NCBI GenBank assembly: GCA_951406725.2
Contig: OX597822.1
Span: forward strand, 30,938,001-31,002,000
Reading direction: 5' to 3'
Length of the DNA: 64,000 nucleotides
DNA from: Octopus vulgaris
Lineage: Eukaryota
The translations under genes were made by a program, and so were the position numbers. Below the pieces are notes generated by a model. The model was given only the letters and a program-made list of their open reading frames with translations, was not told where the DNA came from and ran no database searches. The first letter of the stretch is position 1, and every line of letters begins with the position of its first letter. Below, one piece after another: positions 38,361-52,901 of this stretch.

Positions 38361-39184
38361 TATATGCATATGCCTATCTACATGTGAATGTCTTTATGTG
38401 GGCGCTCGACAAACGCATTTGGTTTATTTTCGTCACCGCAACTTAGTAACTCGCATATAACATTAATCAAAGATCATACTTACTAAAAATGTCGACCTGC
38501 TGGAAATAGCAGTCAAAACGCTTATTTCAATCGGAAAAATACACCGATGATTACTACAGAAATCAACAGACAGCAGATCAGGTTCATACAATCCCGGGAT
38601 TCCTTCACTTTCCGCCTAACAAATCCACACACAAAGCTCCGGCCGGCCCGAGGCTATAGTAGAAGACACTTGTCCAATGTGCTACGCAGTAGGACTGAAC
38701 TAAAGGCGGTGTTCCAGCATAATCGCAGCCAAATGATTGAAACAAATAAAATAATAACAGAAACAAGGAATCAGAAACCACCCATCATACATTTTATTGA
38801 TGATCTAATTAATGTTTGTTTGTTTTGCCTTCAAATTTTCCGCCTTTCTAGTGACCACTCTGTCTATTAATGAAAGAAATCACTTTCGAAAACCGCAACC
38901 TTATATTCATTGTATAAATAAATGTTTACGTTTTCTACTCTATTTGCAAGGATATCAACGGTGTACGTAAAACTACTGACCGAGAATTGAAACCAATGTT
39001 CATACATAGTTCTCAATTCATTACTGAGAACTGATATCTATGATTGTTACTGATTTCTTAAAGTACAAACTACAAGTAGCAAATTAAAAATCACCCAGTA
39101 ATACACTTGCGCATCAACTATAACTTATTACTCTAGCGTAGCATCTTCACCATCATCATTGTCAACGGGAAAGTTCGATTTCCT

Positions 39185-39333
39185 CGTCTTCGTCGCTACC
39201 ATTGCCATCGCCAGAATCATCGTCATCATCATCGTCATCATCATCATCATCATCATCGTCATCGTCATCATCCTCATCGTCATCTTCATCGTCATCGTCA
39301 TCTTCATCTTCATCATCATCATCATCTTCATCG

Positions 39334-39384
<51 letters not shown>

Positions 39385-39526
39385 CCATCATCATCATCAC
39401 CATCATCATCATCGTCACCATCATCATCATCGTCACCATCATCATCATCGTCACCACCATTATCATCGTCACCACCATTATCATCATCATCATCATCATA
39501 CTCATCATCATCATCATCATCACCAC

Positions 39527-39612
<86 letters not shown>

Positions 39613-39745
39613 CCAAAATTTGAACAAAACTTTGATCATCGATGATGATACCACTGATAAAATGATGCCATTACTATCACTGCTACTGCCACAGCTTTTG
39701 CTGCTGCTGTGAAGATTGCAACTGCTGCTTTATGCTGATGCTGCA

Positions 39746-39782
<37 letters not shown>

Positions 39783-40170
39783 TCGACGATGATGATGATC
39801 CCCATCATGACGACTACGGTGATGGCAACGAAGAAGATGACGACAAAAGCGGCGGCGATAATGACAACAACAAAGACGACGACGGAAAAGACGATGGTGA
39901 TGCGGATGATGTTGACGATGATGGTGATAAGGAGGAGGTCGAAGTAGGTGAAGGTGGGGAACGATCGCAGCTGTAGTAATACAATATATAATAGTTGATA
40001 AATTTATTACAAAATCTAAAACCAGCACCATCACCACCACCACCACCACCACCACCACCACCACCACCACCACCACCACCACCACCACCACCACCACCAC
40101 CACCACCACCACCACCACCACCACCACCACCGCCAGCACCACCGCCGCCACCACCACCACTACCACTGCC
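39185..40170. repeat. Cluster of trinucleotide repeats: (ATC)n 39215-39615, (GAT/GAC)n 39745-39930, (CAC)n 40025-40165
   Basis: Directly visible. Confidence 0.95.
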
Positions 40171-40804
40171 GTCATATTTAGTATGAAGACTGATGGTACA
40201 AAGCAACAGTCGGTATTTAAATATCTGTTTATCTGTTCTCTAGAAATATTTTAAAGAGGATTTCGTTTCGAAATATTAAAGAAATACAACAGCAACAAAA
40301 TAATACCAAACAAGCTCCTACAAATCACAAATCGTTTGACGTATTGCAAATCTATTTGACGGAGAACAACAGAATTCTAAGCTTGGCGTTGCTGCTGCTG
40401 CTGATGATGTTTCTAACGTTGTAATTATTCGGATTTTAAGTGACAGATACTTCCATATGATTATAACATGCTTGCGTTGGCATGTGATTCATTCAAGATA
40501 GAGAAATATTAGATTTATATTGGAAAATTATTACAAATTATCCGCTTGGTTTTACTGAGAGAGATATGTAGTTTTAAACTGTGGGAAAATGGTGGAGATA
40601 TAATCTGTAATTGGTTTTATTGTTTCCAAGGATAACTTATGGGCGTACACTGTTAGAGATAAAGGCAGATTCACACATATGCATTCGCTTATAAACACAT
40701 GCATTCATATGCACATACACACTCACAAAAATGTAATATATATGTACATATCCCTCTGCCTGTTTATCTATATCTGTATGTGTGTGTATGTCAGTGTATG
40801 TGTG

Positions 40805-40836
<32 letters not shown>

Positions 40837-43774
40837 CAAAGGTATAGGTGTGGCTGTGTGATAAGTTAAACTTTCCACTTACATAGTGTCGGTTACATTA
40901 TATACACACACATATATACAGACAGACAGACACTCACACACGCACATACACATATATTACTTATGCAGTTTCAACAGATTCTACGCACATCAACACAGAA
41001 ATGGCTCGATACAGTAACAATGGTGCGGGTTCACGGTGAATTAAGCAACACTGAAAGCATCAAGGGTCGGTAGGACACTAGAAATCCAAGTTCCAAATCG
41101 AATTTAAACCTCAGATGCAATGGCGTAACTTTGTTGAAGTTACAATATAAAAGAACAACTAGTAGAATTCCAATGATTCAAAGCGCTCGTACGTTGTCGA
41201 AACTGAATTCTTCAAAGCACTTTCTAAGCAAATTGGAAATGTTTTGTACTTGCTATGAGCGAGATGTGATATGTAAAGATCCCAATAATAGAATTTAAGG
41301 TACTTTTATCTGGATCTCTATACACATATTTCTTTCGTTACAACGGATGATAGAATATTGGTGAAACTACTTCCTGACATTTTAGTTACAGACAGTTTTA
41401 GAGCCAAATATAACTAAATCAAAGAAACTTCAAACATAGCAAACTTTGAGAATGCTTTTCTTTGCTTATTATATTAAGGATCAATCAATACACGCTTATC
41501 GATCAGGACTGGTTATGACCAGCTCTATTAAAGCTTAAATATTGCAAGAAATAAATCAATGTATAAAAGAAAAACGATGTAAATGAAGGAAGTAAGAGTC
41601 TGGTACAAGAAAAAAACTGGTCCAGTGCGTATTTCTGTTGTTGTACATGAAACTGTACACTTCTATTAAATAACAGCAGAATTTTATTTTAAACTGATTG
41701 AAATGAAATTACGACAGCTTAAGAAGATTTATTTAAAGCAGTCGCGGACTGAATTATATTTATAGATATATTATTTAACATAAAAATGTACTTTGTAAAA
41801 GTTCATTATCCATAAAGAAACACCTCTTTAGTCACTTGAGAGATCGTAGATTATCTGACTGAGGATCTGACCAGAATTTTTGTTGAATAACTTATTTTAA
41901 ATAATTGAAGAAATTAACTAGCTTTCATAATATATTATGAAGAAGAGGAATTAAGAGATAGATAAGAATGTTACGTAGCAATAAAATGGAGTTGATATGA
42001 CTATTTACTTTATCTTTAACTATACGATAATACCTCCCACTATTGATTCGGTGTAGTTCGGTAACTAAGAATGCCATTTACTGGAAATATTTAAGGTGGA
42101 TATTTATTCATCCCACTCAGCTGGCTGCTTTCAGGAATAGGATAACAACCAATATAGATTTACGTTTGATTTGTGGACAATTCTGTGAGAGGCTTAGCTC
42201 TAAGTAAATAAAGTCAATTACTATAAAGTCTATAACTCTAGAGTAGATCAGAAGATTCCTCTCTCGTGAAAGATTAGTTCGGACATTGTGTTTATATATT
42301 TTTGCTTTCCTCTTTGAGATTTTGATTGATGCTAATCTTATTAGACTGTCAACAGGACCTCAAGGGAAAATTTTCCGTATCTGACATCACAAATAGAGTA
42401 CCCGAATGTAAATATCTTACATACATATTCTGCAAGATAAATTTAACTTGCAACATTCAGATACATTTAGATCTCTTCACAACGTTTATATAACAAATGC
42501 TTTTGGATGCTAGTATGAATATGGATTGTATTAGAAGTATAACACCAATGAATAAAAAAACATAGCTAGAACTGAAACGCATCTCAGTTGCGGCTGCTTG
42601 AATGAGAAAAATTACAAGAATTGCATCTAATAAGGAAAATATTGACATATGCCAAACAATAACAATGCATAAATTGTCATCTTCCAACGTTATAATCTTT
42701 TTTATCTATCTTCTCTATGATATTATGTAATGTATTTACAAAAGATATACACTAACCATTTTAAGAATAAGCTGATATTTGCTATCATATGAAAGTTGAT
42801 ACCACACAAAGTCGATGTCGGTGAATTGATGGTTAAAGAATGACTTACACTATCCATCATCTAGTCTGCTCTGTGGACGACTAAATTGTATTATAATCGA
42901 TATGCAATTAGCTATGTCGATACATAGTCCTTTACGAAGAAAAAGCAGTATGAAAAAAGTATCTATAAATGTTAAGAAGGGCGTGGATTTTCTTTCAAAC
43001 TGGTGCTTTTATAGTAACGACATGATGATATATCCGATAAAAATGATGCTTTGAATAAAAGTAGTAGAAATAAAAATAAAGATAAAACATAATATAATAT
43101 GCAGTAGTGTTTGATTTTGAAAGCGCATCAGAGAATAAGCGAAGTCTGTAATCATTTACGATTTCCGTTTTAGATTCGTTTCATTGAGAAAATGACGCAC
43201 GAAGTCGTTGTTCGACCACCTAGATATAGTAGCCAAATCTCCTTACAAAAAAATAGCCTCCTGTCATTAATAAGGGAAAACATTTAAAAATGTTATTAGT
43301 GATATTCAAAATCACAACATGCTGGCGCATGGGCTGCATTAGATATGCCACCTAGGCAAAAAATGATGAATTTTGTTTAAATACACCACCACCAAAACGA
43401 TGAGGGCAACGATGACGACCCCCCCCCACCACCATCATCATACATGAGTTTTTGTCAAAAGCTTTCAGTGTGGAATTATCGAAAATAAATGTAAGAAGGA
43501 TAAAATCAGACTATTTCTGTATGAATGTAATAAATTGATAAGCGATGTTAGAAGAAACATAAAATTATCTGATTATATATGGAAATATCGAAATTTTTCG
43601 GAAGAAAATGTCAAATTATTGTCGGGACAAAAACTAGTAGGATAGAAAGAATCGACAAAATTGGAAAGAAAGTATATGATTCCAGACGAAAAGTAAACCA
43701 CTTAGTACCGTTTAGTCAGGTGCATTTCAATATATGTATGCATATATACATATTTAGACACATACATATGTATG

Positions 43775-43815
<41 letters not shown>

Positions 43816-44080
43816 TAACCGGTGTTCATCAAACGATGAATAGACTTCGCGTAAACCATTGGTCCGTTTTGTTCTCTTACTTTATTATCATCTTATAATG
43901 ATCTCATAATAATGACCTTTATGACTTGTATTACTACCTCAGTCAATCTAAATGTATATATTTGTCACTACCTGTCATAAACACCCGTTTTCTATTTCCA
44001 ATATGCATTTTCGTTGACTTTTCATATTTTACCCTTACATTTCCACGTGTATTTTATATTTTCATTTCGTAACATATTTC

Positions 44081-44126
<46 letters not shown>

Positions 44127-44129
44127 ATG

Positions 44130-46340
44130 TATATATAAGAAATTTAAAAGGGACCATAGAAACCTAGTATTATCCATACTAGAAAACGAGGCCTTCTACG
44201 AAAAAGTTATAAATTATAAACAACAAAAAACAATGAAAAATCTTGTATCCCTAATACTTCTATATGGAAAAGGCCTGACAGAAGAAGAAACAGACTACAT
44301 CACGAACTTCAGGCTTTTTTACGGCCTTCCTAAAATACTCAAGAGGAAGATAATGAATGAAGCCTGCAATCAATCACCGGGCAAATACATACATATCCAA
44401 ACGCCAGAAGACTTAACTTTAAGGCCTATTGTAGCTGACCAAGACTGTAAAACCCACCGCCTAACCAACTTCTTAGATATCCTACTGAAACCCATGCTGT
44501 AATACATCAAAAGTTTCATTAGAGACGATTTAGACATGCTCGAACACCTACAAAAACAATTAATGAAGCGGTAATTTTGGTTCCCCTCGATGTTACCAAT
44601 CTTTAAACCAACATCCCACATGGCTATGAAATAGAAGCAATCAATTTCTCGTTGGAAACGTATCCCGAAGTACTCCCGGAACAATTAAATCAGATTTTTA
44701 TTATTGAATCTCTAAAATTTAAATTTCAGAAAAAAATATTTCCTATTTGATGACACATGCTATCGTCAGATTGCGGAATTGTGATGGGAACGAAAGCAGC
44801 CCCTGTTATTGCGAAACTAATAATGAGTTATTTTGAATTCACCTTATATGAAGTATCACTTCAAAAATATTGTTACCCATTTTACGTTTACATAAGAGAA
44901 AACCGGAAGAGATACATGGATGACTGTTTTATCATTTGAAAGGAGAGCATAGACAAACTTTTGGCTTTCAAATCAGCACTAAATGATATAACATGTAACA
45001 ATCAATTCACAATGGAATAAAACGAAGAACAGCTCCCATTTTTAGACATCATGATAAAAAAAAGTCAACAATCTAATAATAACCGACATCTATTATAAAC
45101 AAACTGACTCAAAGCAATATCTCCTCTTTATCTCATACCACCCGAAACATCAAAATAAACATCCCTTTCAATTTGGCAAAAAGTATTTGCACAATAGTGT
45201 CTGATAGAACTACTCGGGACCTTCGTTTTCAAGACCTCAAAACAACGCTTAGTGAAAGACAATATCCACCCTCACTTATAGACGAGGGAATTAAACGTGC
45301 TGAAGAATTAAACATCAAAACATTAAGAACAACAAAACATAACATCACATCTCATCTCAAAACTGTTTATATCAACACACATCTCCAGAAACAGTGATGC
45401 ATTCAACACTATTGTGCAAAATCTCCCTTTACTAACTAGAGATCCAAAAATGAACGACGTCTTTAAAACGTGCAAAAGGATCAAAGGGAAAAAACAACAC
45501 AAATCGCTAAAGGGACTGCTAACAAATGTGAAGCTTTAGCAAACAACTACGAAACCATCGGTTAAAAACTGTGGACACCCAAACTGTAGAACCTGCCCCA
45601 ACTTACTTGAAGGCTCGGATTTCCTCTTCAAACAAGGAGAGAGGTTCACAATTAAAGTTAGTTTCACTTGTGCCTCTGAGAATTTAATCTATGTAATAAC
45701 CTGCTCGTGTTGTGGACACAACTATATTTGACAGATGACTATGACATTGAGACGGAGAATCACTCCACATAAAGAGTAATCCGTTTTCCGCAATACAGGC
45801 AAATCCTCTAAGTGAACATATAGAAAAATGTGCAGATAACATCAAACCAAATTTCACAGTATTCCCCTTCTATCAGTGCAAAGGCACAATTCCTCCACAA
45901 GAACGTTTAAATAAAGAAACTTTTTCATCGAAAAATACAGAACACGTCTTAATATGCCGCATAACCAACTATTATCTTTTTACAGATTTCAATTCACGAT
46001 TATATCACTGTACATAAATCCCCTCATTAAACAAGTTTTTCGAACCTTTTTGTGTGTATATATATATATTCCCCTCCCCTTACCGAAAGCTGAACAGTTA
46101 TCTCCCTTGCCTACCACAATAACAATAACGATAATCAATTACCTCCCCTTATGTTTCTACTTTTGAAGTCATTCACTCAAAAAATATCATCACACACAAC
46201 ATGAATAAAAATTTCTTCTTAAGAAAATACATATTCAAATAAGTAAACCTTAATATCATGATCAGCGAAAGCGAAACCGGTCGATATATTAAAAATTATA
46301 TTAAAACTAAATAAAGTGTGTGTATTTTCCTTTTTTATTT
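44130..46340 (+). mobile_element. Penelope-like retroelement (RT plus C-terminal GIY-YIG), 5'-truncated, degenerate
   Basis: FYGLPKI, LRPIVA, SLDVTNL, MGTKAAP, RYMDDCFI, LPFLD, TDIYYK.TDSKQYL, then CGHPNCRTC and NLIYVITCSCCG..YI. Many stops and frameshifts. A 3' terminal repeat region carries a hammerhead-like motif. Confidence 0.92.
46253..46287 (+). ncRNA. Degenerate minimal hammerhead motif in the PLE 3' terminal repeat
   Basis: AUAUC-AUGAUCA-GC(GAAA)GC-GAAA-CCGG-UC-GAUAU. Helix III is the palindrome ACCGGU. Core C3->A and G8->C, so probably inactive. Confidence 0.7.
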
Positions 46341-47336
46341 CTTATATATATTACAACTTATATATATTACAACTCACTCTAGTGAGTGATATTTGATTTC
46401 CCTACAAACGCTTCATTCATACGCAATGAGCTATAGAAGTTCGTATTTTACTATTTAGTGTCTTCGTGTATGATAATTTGAATAACGCGTCTGCCTCTAA
46501 GTGAATACTTTAAACAAATTACAGAAGGTCATGATTTGAGAGATTATATTTGCAGGTATATAATTGGTTTGACATTCACAACATTCCCCCTCATTAATAA
46601 AATTTGACACTCTTGCTTGAAGAGAGAGTACATCGGCTGGTTTGCGAATAAACTTTATTAACTGCAGTTGGTAATCGTAACACATGAATCTAATTTCTGA
46701 ATGAAATTTGAGTGAGAGGGTTCTGTTTTTACTAAATAATGAGTTTCTACTGCATAAAAGCTCATAACATGATAAGTCCTGTATTTTCGTTTGATAAATC
46801 TTTGTCTGATCTTTTCAAAGTGCATTGGATGTGTAAGAAATAATGTGATATAACCGTTTAGAAGCAATCTATATGTGTATGGCCCGGAGTACCCCCACTC
46901 CAACCCACTTAAAAATGTTGTATCACGTATGGTTGTGCTAAGAAGATCACCTTAAAGCCATGTGGTTTCGCTTCAGTCCAACTGAACATTTGCTTAGGCA
47001 AAAGCGTTCTTCTTATAGATTTGGGCATCACAATCCTGGGCGAGTCAATTTCGTTGACGAAAACTATGGAATCCTCCCCGTACCACACAAATATCTTAAT
47101 CAATGAAATTCCAACTAAGTCTGATTTTCGCAGTTTATTATTTTAGAGATGTCAAATCTCCGTATCTTCAGCAGTATAGTACGACCAGTTGCATATAATT
47201 ATAAACATTTATACATATCAATACGAATATCATAATACGAGTAGCCATAATTATATATACAAATGGTCACATTTATATACGAGTTAAATCTAATCTATCT
47301 TCTTCAACACATGCAATGAAAGATATATATATATAC

Positions 47337-47392
<56 letters not shown>

Positions 47393-48959
47393 GTATATAT
47401 ATATGTATATGTATGTATATTTTTTTTATATATTTATGTATACGTATGTACAGTTATACTACAAATTTTGATAAGTATTTATAGATTTGGTTATGATCAC
47501 TAATTTTAGCTTATAATTATAACGGCATGGGAAAGACTTTATAGTGATACAACTTTTATTACATAAACAACGATATTTACATAAGGAAAATATTATTACT
47601 CCAAAGACTTATACAATATTAAAATTTACAATTTGAAGATCTTAAATAAATACATACTTATCTTAGCGAGGTTTAGCAATGAACTAAATATATATATATA
47701 TATTTAAACGCTTTAGTTTTAGTAGAACCTCATTGAAATAACTTATCATAACAGTATCATATTTAATAGCTGAATGTAACACGAGGCATTTACGAAACGT
47801 GTGTTATTAATCCCCATAAATCTTCTCAATTAACTATATAGTGTAGCTTGCTCAATGAACAGCGTTAACTTTATTCTCCGCCTTTTCATATCAGATAGCT
47901 AGCTAACTAACTGATTTCAAACAGTGAAGACAAGGTAATCTATTATAAATATTTCTTATGATTTGATATAATGGCACTATTATTACATATAGATTAAATA
48001 TCATTTCATATTATTTAACAAAATGACATAAAAATGTCAGAATATAAATTATTAGTATTGTTACGTACAGGCTATTTAATGTCAGGTTATGGACTTTGAT
48101 CTGCCACAGACTAAAATGTCATCTGCAATATTAATCATGTTAGATTGACATTTGAAAAGGCTTCTAATGATATCGTAATTTTTTTCAAGTACACAAGATA
48201 TTTCAGTTGTCAAATACTTTAAAAAATTGTAAAGCTGGATAAAACAAAACTAGAGTTGCATCACGCTATGATGGATCAAGTTCTACTTGGATATAATCCA
48301 TATTATGCACCGGTTGTTAGATGAAAAATCAAATAATTAGAATGCCAAGCACTTCATCTTCAGTAGTTATTGGACATTCTCAGATTTACGTACATATGTT
48401 TCTCAGTGCAGGGCCATACATACGCAAATGCATTTTTAATTCTTGAGTACCTTAACCAATAATGAATCCTATTTTATGAAGCATTGAACTTTCTCAATAT
48501 CTTTATATTTAACAAGGATTTAAACTCCTATAATGACATACCATTCTGTCTCCCATACTTTTCTATAAGTTTGACATAACAGATCATTGCTAATTTTATA
48601 TAATTATTTTTATACCCTTATCAATTTTGATGGAATACATCGGAGGATTATTAAACTATTTTGGCTGCTGAAAGAGAATATATGTAGTTTATTTTAATTA
48701 TACAAAGAGCACAAACCATATCACGAATATTGAACATCGACTAACTCATGGATTTACTCATAAATATCTTTTGATTATAGTGGAATGAAATGAGCTAGCT
48801 TTAATTACAATATGAATGCCGCCATGTAAACTTAAATCAGCGGTTTATGAGTTTATGAATATATTTGACCCAAAAAGAACGCGAAAGGATTAATCTTTAC
48901 GAAGTCTATACTTTTCGCAGTACAAACACACATGTAAACACACACACATATACACAAAC

Positions 48960-49270
48960 GCGTATATATTTATTACATAAAATCCGTTCTGTCTGTCTGT
49001 GTGTGTGTCTTCTAGGATCTCGGGCATCATCCATCTGATTGTGCTCAAATTTGATATGTAGATACCGACGGTATCAGGGCGTTTATAAGTCTTGAAGAAA
49101 TTACAAAAATCGATTCCAGGTGAGAATGCGTTCGATAAAGCCATGGGAACGTGAATTTGTACGCGCAAGTACATCAGCTTTTGCGATCGATACTACGCGT
49201 TGTGTGAATAAAATCGTTTTTCTTTGGAATAGAAAAAAATTCTACGTTTATTTCTTCTGTTGCTAGTGTC
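48960..49270 (+). mobile_element. Possible Helitron/DINE-like non-autonomous remnant
   Basis: tataaaatcc-like start, (CTGT)n tract, then gatctcgg..ctgattgtgctcaaatttg. This resembles the conserved 5' block of DINE/Helitron-type elements; no clear 3' hairpin or CTAG end confirmed. Confidence 0.3.
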
Positions 49271-49399
49271 TCAAATTTAGGTTAAATCAGTGTTTCACAA
49301 AGGGGACGTCTATGGGACTGTCAGACACGTTGTTTTGAGAAAATTTGGCTTAAATGGTTGATAACTCAACCCCGTCCATTGGACGAGGGCGTCTTGCTC

Positions 49400-49488
<89 letters not shown>

Positions 49489-49630
49489 TTCAGCAAAATT
49501 TAGCTTCAGATGAATATGGTACTTAGGTTAAAGGCACCAGAATTTTGTATGGTATTATCTAAATAAATCAAATGGGGTGATTATAATCAAAATAAGCAAC
49601 AAGAATATCCAAGGTAGAGTAGTACAATTG

Positions 49631-49670
<40 letters not shown>

Positions 49671-49890
49671 AAATGTGGGGATTTAGTTCACAGGTGATCT
49701 AATTGACTAGGTACGCTAGATAATACTGAAACGGATTACCAGGGCTCCAATGTTATATCCGAGACAGCAGTTATGTAGATTATTTAGATTTCCGATATAG
49801 TGTATATATGATTATTAAAGAGGACAACAAACGTTAAAGCAACATAAACATCTCAACTTATATACGTTATTATTACTTGAGAATTTCAAA

Positions 49891-49946
49891 GCCTCACAGC
49901 TGTTTCTGGGATATCCCAGAGTAGTAGATATTCCGTCATCGGAGAC
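49891..49946 (-). ncRNA. Hammerhead-like motif (U4C core, GUG triplet)
   Basis: Minus strand: GUCU-CCGAUGA-C-GG-A-AUAUC(11 nt)GAUAU-C-CC-A-GAAA-CAGCUG-U-G-AGGC. Helix III is the perfect palindrome ACAGCUGU. Confidence 0.6.
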
Positions 49947-50319
49947 AAAGAGGGTATATGAGACGGGTATAGATTAATGAAATGACGACACAGAGGACAG
50001 GAGAAAAAGAATAAGGAGATGAAGAAAGAGAAGAATTCAAATTTCCGATCACGTAGAAGTAAGTCCGTAAGTCCCTAGGTGCAATCCTGTGCAAATCCAT
50101 GTAGGTTGAAGTCCTAATAGTGTAAATATATCGAAATAGACACGAAGGTATCAATGTTCAATAGCAGAATGGTAACGGTGGTGGCTATTAAAGGCTAAAA
50201 AGAAAGGAAAATAACAAATAGAAAGTGAGGTAGAGAAAGTGAGTGAGAAAATTAAGGATTCACAGAGCACACAGTTGAAACCAACGCAAGCACTAATAGG
50301 CTACTGTACTATAGTACTA

Positions 50320-50574
50320 ACTATAGTACTATAGTAGTAACTATATTATAACCACTACAACTAATAATACATATAATACAACTGCTAATAGAAATAGAAA
50401 TAATATTAATATTAGCACCAACGGCAATATTAATATTACTGAAAATGATACTACTACTAACACTGCTACCACAAACGCTTCTACTAATAGTTGCAATAAT
50501 AACATCACTAATAGCAGCTCCACTACCACTGTTGATACTCACACTACTACTAATACTGCTACTGCTGCTGCTGA

Positions 50575-50633
<59 letters not shown>

Positions 50634-50642
50634 TTATTAATG

Positions 50643-50687
<45 letters not shown>

Positions 50688-50690
50688 TGT
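50320..50690. repeat. Degenerate (ACT)n/(AAT)n microsatellite block
   Basis: Directly visible. Confidence 0.92.
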
Positions 50691-52336
50691 ATGTGTGTAT
50701 GTATGTATCTAATATAATCAAGGAATATCTGAAAAGAATTATTTACTAGAATATTTAGTCTGAAGCGATTTTTTCATGAATATTAATTGATTTATAATGA
50801 CAGAAAAGACATAAATTTACCTGATCTAGTATGGAAATATTCAAATCTTGCAAAATACTAGTAAATTATTGTCTCATGAAAGATGTGTATAATACAAAAG
50901 ACAGGCTAACTGCATATATATATATATATAAATTGAGTTAAACGCAGATTCATTCATTATTCAAATTGTTTTTGCAGGATTAAATAATTGTTTTCAGATA
51001 TTCCTTGATTATATTAAATGTTTCTGCTTTTGTTTTAAATAATGAGACCATATACTTCTCTACCATCAATAATGCATGATGTGACTATTCCATCAACTTA
51101 TAACTGTTTTTTGTTTAGGTTAATCACTTCTCTTTAGTCTGAAATATAAATTCAACATCACGGACCGACAATGCGTTTTTATGTAGCTTAATGAAACTGC
51201 GTTTCATATTGGTGTGAGTAGAAATATTTATTAAAGTTTGGTAAGAGCGTTTTTATTTTTTTTATGTGCATATAAAATGACCTAAATTTTTTACATGAGT
51301 TTTGTATTTATTTTTGCCGGACACAAGGCATCAGAAAATATATGAGATTTAGAACTTGACAAATCATTTGTGATAACCATTAATTAAATTGATATTATTC
51401 CGATAATTAATAGGTATACTCTCTTCCATGCACTTTCCCCGCTTGGGCATGTGCCTGCATAATTCCTCTCGCCTTTAAAGGTGCAATGTTCGTTGACTGC
51501 ATCAATTTTATTATCAAAGTGTGACTTGCCACCTCAATATATTATTTCACTATTGTAATCACAATAACATAGATAACAAGTCACGTGTTATTTGTTTATA
51601 GTTTTGTTTTTACTCCGGTTACAGTGGGAACTTATTCCCGAGAAAAAGTGGAACATAATTTGTTCAACTCATGAATAAGTGTCTGGTTTTGGCTGAAAAT
51701 GACGTCACCAAGTACTTTGCGATCGAGTAAATTTGTTTGTTCTTATTCAGTGAATGACAACAAACGAATATATTTGAATGAATTGCACTAACAATGCTGT
51801 CTCTAACATATAATGACATTCATCTTTTACTGTTGCAATCTATCACAACCGCCCCAAAATATTAATTTTTCCAAGTAAGTGCAATGACGTGAATACGATA
51901 TTCGCGGGAGTACTAGATTACATTTCGCTACTATTGTTATATCTAGAGTGCAGTATTTAGCAAAATAAACCTGTTGACACCAAGGGCCTTCAGCTTTGAT
52001 ATCCATTGTAAAATGAGAAATCGTGCCTCACCGCGTCGAACTGCAGTTGGTTTGTGTGTTAAGGAAATGTTCGTAGAGAAAAATGTGCGGTAGAAGATAC
52101 CTTAATTGAAATAAACAGCCTCTTCATATATTGATGCTATCATTATATCTGAGGATAATATTAGGAATCTATCTGCCTGGAGAATACTAAGCCACTTGTA
52201 CGCTAATTCAATGGCATTGATATTTCGATCCCTTCGATCCCATTCGATCCCCGGCATTCACTATTCGAAGTTTTTTTAAAGACAAAATGCATACATTCTT
52301 ATTTATAAATTTACTTGCTCCGAGATCCAGCCCGGC

Positions 52337-52390
<54 letters not shown>

Positions 52391-52901
52391 CGCATTGTAT
52401 GACTGTTTGTGTATGTAAATGTGGAAGTTTCTACATCTTCGCAAATTTTCCAGCCATGAGGTATGTTAGATAAAGAACTCCCACAAATTAACAGTTTAAA
52501 ATTCTCACGTGACAGGAAGATTATGAAAGATTAAAGTAAAGAAAACTTAAAGCTATGTGTTAGTGACAATTCTGATATTCATACATACAGATAGATATAT
52601 GCTTTCTCACGTTTTCTCTCTGATACACACACACACGCACACACACGGACACTATCTCAATGTAACCTAAATTTGTCAGAATTCTAGCTTTGAAAATAAA
52701 AGAATGTCCCCATAAACCCTCTTTTTCAATGGTCATGTGGCCGATAAAATGAAGACTCGCCTAAATTTGCGTATTGAAGTGTTCCACGCTTGAGTCGTAC
52801 CAGGATATTCGAAACGCGTGTAGAGGAACGCTTTGAATATAAAATGGGGAGATAACTCTGGTAAGCGTGAAATTTCATGCCACGGAAGCCGGACCACAAC
52901 A

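Noticed and set aside
37004-38369. Long ORFs (up to 351 aa) rich in H/T/Y/I or C/V/M/Y
   Set aside because: Translations of (CA)/(TA) low-complexity repeats; such repeats lack stops in several frames.
39128-40206. Poly-M, -I, -S, -D, -G and -P ORFs
   Set aside because: Trinucleotide microsatellites open on both strands; no splice or domain support.
42457-42687. 76-aa hydrophobic minus-strand ORF resembling two TM helices
   Set aside because: No ATG or convincing acceptor, and an in-frame stop just upstream. T-rich strands of AT-rich DNA give F/L/I/V by chance.
48542-48667. Minus-strand segment with strong acceptor and donor
   Set aside because: All three frames contain stops.
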